From Corallochytrium limacisporum Hawaii (Eukaryota; Protista; Pluriformea), in NCBI GenBank assembly GCA_002811645.1, contig PDIP01000088.1, positions 1 to 64,000 on the forward strand: a stretch of DNA of 64,000 nt. Direction: 5' to 3'. How positions within the stretch are numbered: position 1 is the stretch's first letter; every line of letters begins with the position of its first letter. Shown here one piece after another: positions 31,958-41,420 of the stretch. The position numbers and the translations under genes are program-made. The notes beneath the pieces are model-generated. The model was not told the origin of the DNA. It saw nothing but the letters and a program-made list of their open reading frames with translations, and did no database searches.

Positions 31958-34540
31958 ATGAAGTTTTCCTATGAATTTCAACGACTTTGCGGATCAGTGT
32001 ATGGAAAGCAAGGCGCTAATGTGCTCTTTACCCAGGACGGGAATGGGATCATCTCCCCGGTTGGCAACCGCGTCAGTGTATTTGCCTTGACTCAGGGTGA
32101 ATCCTTCACGTTCCCATTCCAACTGCAACGTGATGTCTATCGTATGGCCCTTGCCCCGGACGGTCGACTACTCATGGTGAGTGATGAGGATGGGCGGATG
32201 GTCCTTGTCAATTTTCCGAAGCGTGTAGTTCTCTCCCACTTCAACCTTGGCTCGAAACCGACGGTTTTGGAATTCTCTCCATGCGGATCTTATTTTGTCA
32301 CAAACTTTTCGAAGGGCGTGCGCGTATGGAAGACACCACGAGCGGATACGGTCGAGTTTGCACCGTTTGTTCTGCACCGTTCGTACACTGGTCATGGCGG
32401 TGAAGTGACATGCGTCAACTGGAGCAAGGACTCCAACTACTTTGTCACGGGCGGAAGGGACTTGACCGCACGTATTTATTCATTGGATCCGATCCCCGGA
32501 TTTAAGCCGTTCACACTGGCAGGACACAAAGAGTACTTGGTGGGAGTATACTTTAACAAGGAGCAAGATAGTTTGTATGCAGTGAGTCACGATGCAAGTG
32601 TGACGCTGTGGCAACGATTAGACTACGAAGATGATGACGACGACGAAGACGAACCTGAAGAATCCCGTCTCAACTACACATGGAAGTTCAAGGACCGCCA
32701 TTTCTTCAACATGGGTGGGAGCGCCCGGATTAAGAGCTGTTGTTTCCACCAGGCGCTTGACCTACTAGTAGTGGGATTCACAAACGGTGCCTTCGGCATC
32801 TTTGAAATGCCCGACCTCAACACTATTCACACACTATCTATGACTCAGAAGGCCATCCAATCGGCAGCTATGTCACCTGCCGGTGATTGGCTCGCATTTG
32901 GCTCCGCCACCTATGGACAGCTCCTGGTCTGGGAATGGCGCAGTGAGAGCTATATTCTCAAACAGCAAGGTCACCAGCATACAATCAGTGACGTGGTCTA
33001 CAGCCCGGACGGTGCGCTGATGGCGTCGGGTGGTGAAGATGGAAAGGTCAAGCTCTGGCGTGCGGCAACGGGTATGTGCTACGTGACTTTCACTGAGCAC
33101 ACGTCCGCGGTAACGGCAGTGCGCTTCAGTGCCAACGGTCGGGCAGTGTATTCTTCATCAATCGATGGCACAGTCCGCGCATTTGATTTGGCCCGCTACC
33201 GCAACTTCCGCACTTTTACATCGCCTACTCCGACGGCTTTTAGTTGCCTGGCTGTCGATCCCGCAGGCGATCTTATTGCAGCAGGATCTCAGGATGACTT
33301 TAATGTATATATTTGGAACATCGGTACCGGCCGGTTACTTGAGGTTTTGAACGGGCACGATGGCCCTGTGAGCGGGTTAAGCTTTCATCCTACGCAAACC
33401 TTGCTTGCGAGCAGTTCCTGGGATCATACGGCTCGTGTATGGGACATTTTTGAGTCCAAAGCCAAAGTCGAGCCTCTTCCGCACAACACCGACTGCCTTG
33501 CCGTAACCTTCAGGCCAGATGGGAAGGAATTGGCCGTAGCCACGCTAGATGGTCAGTTGACGTGTTGGAACTGGGAAGAAGGCACACAGACAGCAAACAT
33601 TGAAGGACGAATGGATCTAGCAGCGGGACGGAGGCGGCAGGACCTAATCACATCAAAGAACCTGAACTCAGGCCGCTGCTTTACGTCCGTGACCTACAGT
33701 GCGGATGGCATGCACCTGCTCTGTGGTGGCAGGTCAAAGTATGTATGCATCTACGCCGTCAAGGAGCAAATCTTGGTGCGGCGCATGGAGATTACGCGCA
33801 ACAAGAGCTTGGATGGTGTGCAGGATGAACTCAACTCCAAGAAGGTCACAGAATTCGGTACTTTGGATACCATGGATGTTGATAGCGGAGACGAAAGTGA
33901 CCCAGAACTGCGCAAGGACCGTTCCCTCCCGGGTGTGAAGAGCGGCGATTTCAGCAAACAGCGTGTCGCGCCTGAGATACGTGTACTGGCTGTCTACTTC
34001 GCGCCAAGTGGTGAATCGTTCGTTGTGTCCTCGACCGAAGGACTGATCATCTTTGCCTTAGACGCGCAGCGCATATTTGACCCCTTCGAGCTCGACACTG
34101 AGACGACGCCGCAGGCAGCACGAGCCGCCCTTTATCGCCAACGGGATTTTGAGCAGGCGCTTATCTTCAGCTTGCGCCTGAACCGGGACGATCTGTTGCG
34201 CGAGGTCTTCGCGGCGACTCCAGTGTCCTTCATCGAGCCTGTGGTACGGCCCCTGACTCTCAAGTACAGTTTACCTTTGCTTGAGTTCACATCAAGACAG
34301 ATTCTCGAGGATGGGCAATTGGAGCGGAATGTGATTTGGGCTCGGCATCTACTCACACACCATGGCCTGGAGATCCGTGAAAGAGGTGGGGTACAGGGTC
34401 CGCGTCTGTGCGTGGCTGTTCAGAAGGCACTTTTTGAAAAGGCAAGTGCACTAACCAAGCTCTGTGACAACAACACGCACACCCTCGAGTACCTCAGCGT
34501 CATGGCTACACAGGCGGCGACGACTATTGCGTTGGAATGA
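31958..34540 (+). CDS. PWP2: Periodic tryptophan protein 2 (UTP1), WD40 SSU processome subunit
   Basis: Contains MKFSYEFQRLCGSVY, SPVGNRVSVF, GQLLVWEWRSESYILKQQGH, FDLARYRNFRTF and FDPFELD. Confidence 0.98.
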   Translation: MKFSYEFQRLCGSVYGKQGANVLFTQDGNGIISPVGNRVSVFALTQGESFTFPFQLQRDVYRMALAPDGRLLMVSDEDGRMVLVNFPKRVVLSHFNLGSKPTVLEFSPCGSYFVTNFSKGVRVWKTPRADTVEFAPFVLHRSYTGHGGEVTCVNWSKDSNYFVTGGRDLTARIYSLDPIPGFKPFTLAGHKEYLVGVYFNKEQDSLYAVSHDASVTLWQRLDYEDDDDDEDEPEESRLNYTWKFKDRHFFNMGGSARIKSCCFHQALDLLVVGFTNGAFGIFEMPDLNTIHTLSMTQKAIQSAAMSPAGDWLAFGSATYGQLLVWEWRSESYILKQQGHQHTISDVVYSPDGALMASGGEDGKVKLWRAATGMCYVTFTEHTSAVTAVRFSANGRAVYSSSIDGTVRAFDLARYRNFRTFTSPTPTAFSCLAVDPAGDLIAAGSQDDFNVYIWNIGTGRLLEVLNGHDGPVSGLSFHPTQTLLASSSWDHTARVWDIFESKAKVEPLPHNTDCLAVTFRPDGKELAVATLDGQLTCWNWEEGTQTANIEGRMDLAAGRRRQDLITSKNLNSGRCFTSVTYSADGMHLLCGGRSKYVCIYAVKEQILVRRMEITRNKSLDGVQDELNSKKVTEFGTLDTMDVDSGDESDPELRKDRSLPGVKSGDFSKQRVAPEIRVLAVYFAPSGESFVVSSTEGLIIFALDAQRIFDPFELDTETTPQAARAALYRQRDFEQALIFSLRLNRDDLLREVFAATPVSFIEPVVRPLTLKYSLPLLEFTSRQILEDGQLERNVIWARHLLTHHGLEIRERGGVQGPRLCVAVQKALFEKASALTKLCDNNTHTLEYLSVMATQAATTIALE

Positions 34541-34678
34541 CGTAGAGATCTATTGAGCCTATAGTGAATGTAGCATTCATACAGTAAAGAATAAAATAGT
34601 ATTGGTTCAATATATTTCATTCTGTCTGATGACGTTGTAGTAGATGCTACTGTGTGTGACTAAGGGGATATTACTATA

Positions 34679-36472
34679 CTATGCACCGGTCAAGGCGCGC
34701 AGTTCAGGAGTGACCTCGTCACTGTCTCTGACATCGTACCGACCGCGAATCCGAACATCATCTGGCGCGCCGTCCTGGGGGAAGATCATGACCACATCGT
34801 TGTTCATAATGGAATAGTATGACAATGGTTTGGTGGGATCATCCAGGTGGATAACCACGGTCTCACCCTCGCTTTCCGCAGCAGCTGAACTGGATAGGTG
34901 CAGCCGCGACCGAAATGGCGCCTGTTCGTGTCCCCGATTGAAGGAGTATTTACAGAGAAGCTCCACATTCGCCACAGTCATAGACGGGAGCAGTTCAACC
35001 TCTTTATGGATGCCACTCTTTCTCGTTTGCAGTGACATCTCCTGGTTGGGCTTGTCACCTGGAAGGTCATCGCAGAGCTTCAACTTGACGGCCACAAGAT
35101 CTGACCCTACAGTCCCTGCACCGTAACGTCCAAGAGTCTTGCGTTTCGATGACTCAACGACGCCGTATTTCAGAATCAATCGCTGATAAAATGGGTGAAC
35201 AGCGTTGAATAGAGCTATCTTGGTTTTGTCCTCGTCCTTGTTGGCCTCATGGTAGTCCTGTGCAAGGCGGTTGCGCCAGTAGACCTCAACGTCACGTCGC
35301 TCATCATTGTTGACAGCGCTGCCGTTGATGCTCGTCAACTGTTGGACTCGCAGAATCAGTTCCTGACGGTTCTTCTCGGGCGTCATGATGTCTGTCACGG
35401 GGCACCGGCGGATACGGAGTTCCCGCAGACTGGGCAGGAGCTGCAGATTATCCACCGATGACATGTCCGTGAGGTGTGTATACGCGAGGGATAGGAACTT
35501 TAGGGCGGGAAATGGTGTCTGCTCACCCTCTTTGGGAGCTTCGACAGACTCCAGTGGATTCTGGGGCACAAGCAAAGACTCCAAGACCGGTAACTGTCCA
35601 AAAGTTTGTGACAGGCTGCCCCATGAATGCACAGAGTTCTCAGTCAGATTAAGCAGCTTTAATTTCCCCACCATGGACTGCAGTTCCTGTGCACTGGGAC
35701 CTAACAAGAGGTCACTATCGGTAATGTGATTGCAGGCCATGTGCAGTTCTTCCAGTCCTGTGGCAGTACTCAGCAGCTCCATAACCTTACCGTACTTGAC
35801 TGTGATGCGATTCAGGATCATCACCCGCAGATTATGACCCAATGGTTGCGCCTGCAATGTTGAGGGCAGGAACATATTACCGGAGACGTCGAGAAGGCGC
35901 AGATTCGGCAGAGCCTGCGTCAGTCTGGACACCTCGGCCCAGTCGCTGATGAGATTGTCTGCAATATCGACTTCTTTTAGACTGAGACAGATATTAGTGA
36001 TCTGTTCTGTGCTGTCTATGGTAGTGATCTGCATATCACGCAGACTGATTTCCACCAGCGCATCTATGGCAGAGAGCTTGAGCGCAGTCTTGTTCTGTCC
36101 GATCAGTTCAATATCGACCTTGTTGAAATCAGTAGAGTAAATAAAATTGTTCATTACCATGGACACGTCTGCATTCATGTTTACATACTTTTCGATAAGA
36201 CCTGACATGAATGTCAAACTGACTTTGATTTTCTGGGCACGTAAGAATGAGCACGCAGTGTCCTCCGATGCTGAAGTTTGCGGTTCAAAGTACTGGCGGC
36301 CCCTGTGGGTACCGTCGTGTTTGCCCCGGTCCGCCTTGTCCCATTCAACGCCAAGCCAATTGCCAGTGGTGCCCTCAACGGGGCCAAAATAACGCACCCA
36401 TCCCCTTGCTCCGTCATTAGATTCTACACGCTGCCCGATGCGCGAGGAAAAGTCCGCGTTGTCCTCTTCCAT
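34679..36472 (-). CDS. TBCE: Tubulin-folding cofactor E (CAP-Gly + LRR + ubiquitin-like)
   Basis: CAP-Gly WLGVEWDKADRGKHDG, then leucine-rich repeats, ERRDVEVYW and a C-terminal LDDPTKPLSYYSIMNND. Confidence 0.95.
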   Translation of the reverse strand: MEEDNADFSSRIGQRVESNDGARGWVRYFGPVEGTTGNWLGVEWDKADRGKHDGTHRGRQYFEPQTSASEDTACSFLRAQKIKVSLTFMSGLIEKYVNMNADVSMVMNNFIYSTDFNKVDIELIGQNKTALKLSAIDALVEISLRDMQITTIDSTEQITNICLSLKEVDIADNLISDWAEVSRLTQALPNLRLLDVSGNMFLPSTLQAQPLGHNLRVMILNRITVKYGKVMELLSTATGLEELHMACNHITDSDLLLGPSAQELQSMVGKLKLLNLTENSVHSWGSLSQTFGQLPVLESLLVPQNPLESVEAPKEGEQTPFPALKFLSLAYTHLTDMSSVDNLQLLPSLRELRIRRCPVTDIMTPEKNRQELILRVQQLTSINGSAVNNDERRDVEVYWRNRLAQDYHEANKDEDKTKIALFNAVHPFYQRLILKYGVVESSKRKTLGRYGAGTVGSDLVAVKLKLCDDLPGDKPNQEMSLQTRKSGIHKEVELLPSMTVANVELLCKYSFNRGHEQAPFRSRLHLSSSAAAESEGETVVIHLDDPTKPLSYYSIMNNDVVMIFPQDGAPDDVRIRGRYDVRDSDEVTPELRALTGA

Positions 36473-37529
36473 ATCTGTGCAGCTTTTCTACCCGGTTTGT
36501 TCTAGATCGTTCTTGCCTTCGGGTGCTTATGTCATTTCTTCTTTATTCTGTTCACAACTACAGTCACTAAGTGTAGTAAGACAGTATTGCTTCGATCAGT
36601 TTAACAATTTACCACGACCTTGGGGCCTAATCCAGGCGTCCCTTGTTTGGAGTACCTGTCATTGCTCCGGAACCAACCAAAAAAGCCAGTAGCACCTGGA
36701 AGACGAGCCCCCCACCCCGTCATCTCCTCCACGTCCACCTCCCTCGCAGGTTCGGCCTCCTTACCTACGACCCATAGGCGGCGCGCTTCTTCGGACCTCG
36801 TAGATATCCATATTTTGTCCCCGTTCGGACGGGGGAATTGGCATGGAAGGGCAAGAACCCGTGCGCAGGAGACTTTGAGCAAGTGTCCTGGGCCGGAGCA
36901 CCGACATCGAAGGCGCTCCTGCGACATCATCGGAGGCCGCATCCTTGGATATGGCTAGCCAGGTCATCGTTGCGGTGAAAATCACCCTAGCTCGTGTCGA
37001 CGTTGCGCATCCGTCCCAGATCATGGCCAATTCGATTATTACCTCGAAGAGTTCCTGTCGTCCAACATGACAGGCATACACAGCGAATTGAGGCAGATAC
37101 TTTTGTGTGAACCCTTGAGCAAGTCGACATCGACGCTTTTGATCAAAGCCAGTAGTTTGCTAGATCAGCATCAGAGCAACACCAACCTGACAGAGACACC
37201 GATGGTCACGCCTTCGGTACAAGCACCAGGCTTTGTCAGGCAGAAAGACGAGCCGACCTTTCATTCCACAGCGGAGACATGACAACGGTAAAGACACGTT
37301 TCTGGATGTCCACTGATGCCGGAAACTCGCCACGGAGAGGATAGCCCGTAGGGCCGGCAAAAAGACCCGGGAGAACACAGGATTAATTGGTTGGTTATTT
37401 GTATAGTACTGATATAAATGAGGTAGATTCCAAAGTCTTGACGAATCCCAAACAAATGCCACTCTTCAGGAGGATCGCAGCGCCGGAAGAATTCGAGCAA
37501 ATCGTGAAACTGGAAACCCAAGACCCAAT

Positions 37530-38498
37530 TCACCTGCTCAATCGCGGATGATTGGCACACTGTGCTGCAGCCTGTGCAATGTGACGGTCATCTGTACCAC
37601 AGCAGCCGCCGACCACATTCAATTCCTCAAAAGTGTCCAGCAGTTCTCGGTACAACTGGCCCAGTTCCTCAGGGTTACCGTCGTCGAGCTCTTCCGCTTC
37701 GTCAAGTTCGGCATGGCTCTGCCGACTCGCATTAGCGCGAATGCCCTTCACACGTTTGGTCCACCATTCACCCTTTTTTACGGTGTCCTTGAAATGGTCT
37801 GGATGTGCACAATTGATCATGTAGTAGGATACGTACTCGTCCGTTGCCCTGTCGATCTCGTTGATGGCCTCCTCGAGCGTCTGGCCAGTGGGCAGCTTGC
37901 CATCAGTCTCCAAGGTAAAGGATACTACGACAGGCATGTCGTTCTTCTCTGCCGCACGTACAATGCCCAGACCTTCCTCTAGATAGTTGATGGTCATAGC
38001 TGTAATCATATCCGCACCAGCATTCCTCAGTGCTTCGATCTGTTGTCTGTGGTATTCTTCTGCCTCTGACGCAGTCATCTTCATGTCCGCCTTGTAGCCA
38101 TCGCCCCGCGGACCTACGTTGCCTGACACAACAACAGGAAATTCAGGGGTTTGGTAGCGCTCTTGAAGACTCTTCATAAGCTCAATCGCATCACGGTTGA
38201 AGCCAGCCATTTGGGGCTCATCGTATCCGAGCTTCTTGCCCCAATCACCGGAAGCACGCCAGGTCGGACTCTCCAGAACAAAACCAGAACCATGATCCTT
38301 AGCATGTTTGATGAAGGGATCATAGTACTCCTCGAGTAATTTCCTGCCTTCGGTGTCTGCTAGAGCTGTGAATGCTGCGAACTCAGGTAGCTCGCGATGG
38401 TACTTAAAGATCATGACGGTCTCCTGTCCTCCGTCAGTGACGAAAAGACGGTCCTTCTGCTCCAGTTGGGGCAAGGATTTACGCGTAGAGCTTGGCAT
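37530..38498 (-). CDS. Homocysteine S-methyltransferase family protein, bacterial-like subfamily
   Basis: Contains TDGGQET, GPRGDGY, SFTLETDGKLP, the Zn ligands INCAHP and GGCCGTD, and RANASRQSHAELDEA. Alternative in-frame ATG at 38609. Confidence 0.93.
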   Translation of the reverse strand: MPSSTRKSLPQLEQKDRLFVTDGGQETVMIFKYHRELPEFAAFTALADTEGRKLLEEYYDPFIKHAKDHGSGFVLESPTWRASGDWGKKLGYDEPQMAGFNRDAIELMKSLQERYQTPEFPVVVSGNVGPRGDGYKADMKMTASEAEEYHRQQIEALRNAGADMITAMTINYLEEGLGIVRAAEKNDMPVVVSFTLETDGKLPTGQTLEEAINEIDRATDEYVSYYMINCAHPDHFKDTVKKGEWWTKRVKGIRANASRQSHAELDEAEELDDGNPEELGQLYRELLDTFEELNVVGGCCGTDDRHIAQAAAQCANHPRLSR

Positions 38499-39847
38499 AT
38501 TGAGGTTTGTTGGTCCGCTCGCTTTGACACCCAAAGCTGGCACGCTTTCGACCTGACCTATCGGTGGCTTAAGTACCTCGTCAGTCTCACCCACTTTTCC
38601 TCTCTCCATTTCTTCCGCTTTCCTCCACCGGCCAGCCGGCGCATTCCAACAATGGTTTCAGTATGGATACAGTCTGACAGCCCCCCATACCAAACCCTCT
38701 TCCCCCTTCCCCCAGGCCAGCCTTTCCCTCCCGTTTGAACTGGTCATCAACTCCCATCAGATTGGGACTCCTATTCAATATATTACGCATTTCCTGGATA
38801 CGCACAGGGGGAGGGGCCACTCAGCCATTTATGCTGCCCTGGGCTATTAACTACCAACATCTATTCTCCCATGGAACGGAAAGAGAGATTCTCGATAATT
38901 TTGAATGACTAGAACGGCCAGCAATCACGAGTCTCTTGTTTCCCGTCAAACCAAATTAAAGCAAATGCAATACTCAATGGGCAGGAACAGGAAGCGCTCC
39001 GATCCGCTTTTGGCCCAGCGGCGGCCGAATAAAGCAAGAGTACGGTGTTCTCCATAGTGAAAGCATAGCGAAAGCCCGCAGCTGACGCTGCGTTTTGTTC
39101 GCCGTTCAGTGTGATCAAGTGAAGTGTGCTGCAGTGAATTTTATAGATACCACCCACAGAAAGTGGATCCCCATTAGTAAACGGACCAGGCCGGTTTTAT
39201 ACATGCGGACTTCTTTGTAATTTGGGCGAAACGATATGGTTCTCAAACGATGCTTGATATAAAAATAGCAACCGAACGGGAAGGGACAGCCGAAGGAAAC
39301 TACAGCCTCACGAGCTCGCCGCTCCATTTGGCATTTCCAGCAACCGGACCTCAGAGGCGCACTCGGACGACCGGTCCTGGTCCGTATTGTTCCTCGGCAT
39401 TGGTCTAGCCGATATTTCTTGTGACATCACGGCACTACCACCTGTGCTGATGGATGCGCCGCTGCGACCACAACATACCACCCCAAAGCGCACCTCACTC
39501 GCTTTCTGGAGGTTGACATAGATGATCCTTCACCGGAACACACAACCCAAACGGAGCACGGGAACTTTGACCCTCACACTGCCTCATCTCCTGTTGACTA
39601 TGGAAAACCAACGGCGGACAAAAAAACACGAGTGAGGAGAAAAAGGGCCCGGTTTTCATTGCACAGGGATAACACTCCTTATTTCTGCATTCTTGTGACG
39701 AGTTGGAGGTGCAAATGATGTGGAGTCCCTTCGGCGTTGGATCAAGCTACTTATGAAACGCAGGGGACATGGACTGTTGTGGTACTGATTTCTTGTCGCC
39801 TTAGAGCGTTAGATCAAAATCCACTGTACCAATATTTAAACAGAACC

Positions 39848-41326
39848 ATGGCTGGTCTTGTCCGCAGCATCCGTCATTCATTGGGGTCGAACGTCGGCCG
39901 CCAGTCCGCCTCTGCCCTTGGCGTTGGCAGTCTATTACTGAATCAGAGGCGTAACATTGGTGCCTGCTGCGTTGAGCCGTACTTTGAGCTGGGAGAGGGG
40001 GACACGGCTTTCAGCGTCCGCACGAATGACGTGCGCTACGGTTATGGTGTTCTACAAGAGGTCGGTTTCACAGTCGCACAGCATTTAGAAGCGACCAAGG
40101 AGACGGGACGTCGGGTGGCCGTCTTTACTGACAAAAGTGTTGCCAAATTGGAGTGGTTCTCGCAGGTCACTAACTCTCTGAAGGAATCGGGCTTCGATCC
40201 CGTCCTGTACACTGATGTTCGGGTGGAACCTACGGACAAGTCGTTCATGGCGGCCGCCGAATGGTTTGCCCACGGCGATTTCAAAGCGGCCGTTAGCGTT
40301 GGTGGTGGTAGTGTTATGGACACCACGAAGGCGGCTATTCTCTACGGTAACCCGGCCAGTGCACCTGAGGACGGTGATTTCCTGACTTATGTGAATGCGC
40401 CTGTTGGTAAGGGCAAATTAGTGCCCAATCTGCATGGGTCCAAAATTCCGCATGTAGCCTGTCCCACAACTGCTGGCACCGGCTCAGAATGCACGGGTTT
40501 TGCTATTTGTAAGCTAACTGATCACCCCACAGCGCCCAATTCCAAGACAGGCATCGCAAGCCCGGCCTTATGTCCAGACACTGCAGTTATCGACCCCTCA
40601 GTTACACACACATTGCCTCCGAATGTTGTGGCTGCGTCCGGCTTTGATGTGCTAAGCCACGCGATCGAGAGCTATACTGCTCGCCCTTTCACCCGCCGCC
40701 CTGCCGCGTCTCCAAAGGCTAACCGTCCGTTGAACCAGGGCGCCAATCCGTACTCGGATATGGCTTGCCTGGAGGCCCTGCGCCGGTGTGGCACCTATCT
40801 CCAACGGGCCATCACTGACCGCAACGACATGGAAGCTCGGGAGCAGCTCATGTGGGCGTCCACAGTCGTTGGTACAGCAATGGGCAACGCTGGGGTACAC
40901 TTGCCGCATGGACTAAGCTATCCGGTCAGCGGCAGTGTGCAAAAGTTCCGGCCAGACAGTGGATGGCCGGGTGAGGATGCCATAGTCCCGCACGGAATGG
41001 GCGTGATTCTATGTGCACCGTCGGCGGTGCGCGCGGCGAGCAAGCACTGTCCGGATCGCCACATGCATGCTGCCGAGTTGCTGGGCTGTGACACAAAGAC
41101 TGCGAAGATGGACGATGCCGGAGAAGTGCTGGCCGAGAAGCTGATTGATTTTATCAAACTGGCCAAATTCCCGAACGGCATCTCTGAATGTGGATTCTCT
41201 CAGAACGATGTGGACAACCTGACGACTTCCTGCTATGCACAGAAGCGTGTGGTGGACAATGCGCCTTGGGCTGTGTCCTACGATGATCTTGAGGGCATGT
41301 ACAAGGGTGCCATGGCTTACTGGTAA
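39848..41326 (+). CDS. ADHFE1: Hydroxyacid-oxoacid transhydrogenase (Fe-ADH family), probably mitochondrial
   Basis: Contains VRVEPTDKSF, VGGGSVMDTTK, YVNAPVGKG, PTTAGTGSECTG, GFDVLSHAIESYTA, GNAGVHLPHGLSYP and VPHG. N-terminal presequence ends near QRRN. Confidence 0.92.
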   Translation: MAGLVRSIRHSLGSNVGRQSASALGVGSLLLNQRRNIGACCVEPYFELGEGDTAFSVRTNDVRYGYGVLQEVGFTVAQHLEATKETGRRVAVFTDKSVAKLEWFSQVTNSLKESGFDPVLYTDVRVEPTDKSFMAAAEWFAHGDFKAAVSVGGGSVMDTTKAAILYGNPASAPEDGDFLTYVNAPVGKGKLVPNLHGSKIPHVACPTTAGTGSECTGFAICKLTDHPTAPNSKTGIASPALCPDTAVIDPSVTHTLPPNVVAASGFDVLSHAIESYTARPFTRRPAASPKANRPLNQGANPYSDMACLEALRRCGTYLQRAITDRNDMEAREQLMWASTVVGTAMGNAGVHLPHGLSYPVSGSVQKFRPDSGWPGEDAIVPHGMGVILCAPSAVRAASKHCPDRHMHAAELLGCDTKTAKMDDAGEVLAEKLIDFIKLAKFPNGISECGFSQNDVDNLTTSCYAQKRVVDNAPWAVSYDDLEGMYKGAMAYW

Positions 41327-41420
41327 GAACCTACGTCTAGAACAACATTCGGAAACATAATAGAACCATTAAGGCAGAATCTTCAAGATGTCGAAGTGCA
41401 AACTATTTTTAATGTCTCGG

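Noticed and set aside
38610-39847. Riboswitch (SAM/TPP) upstream of the methyltransferase
   Set aside because: No conserved aptamer motifs in the right order were seen by eye.
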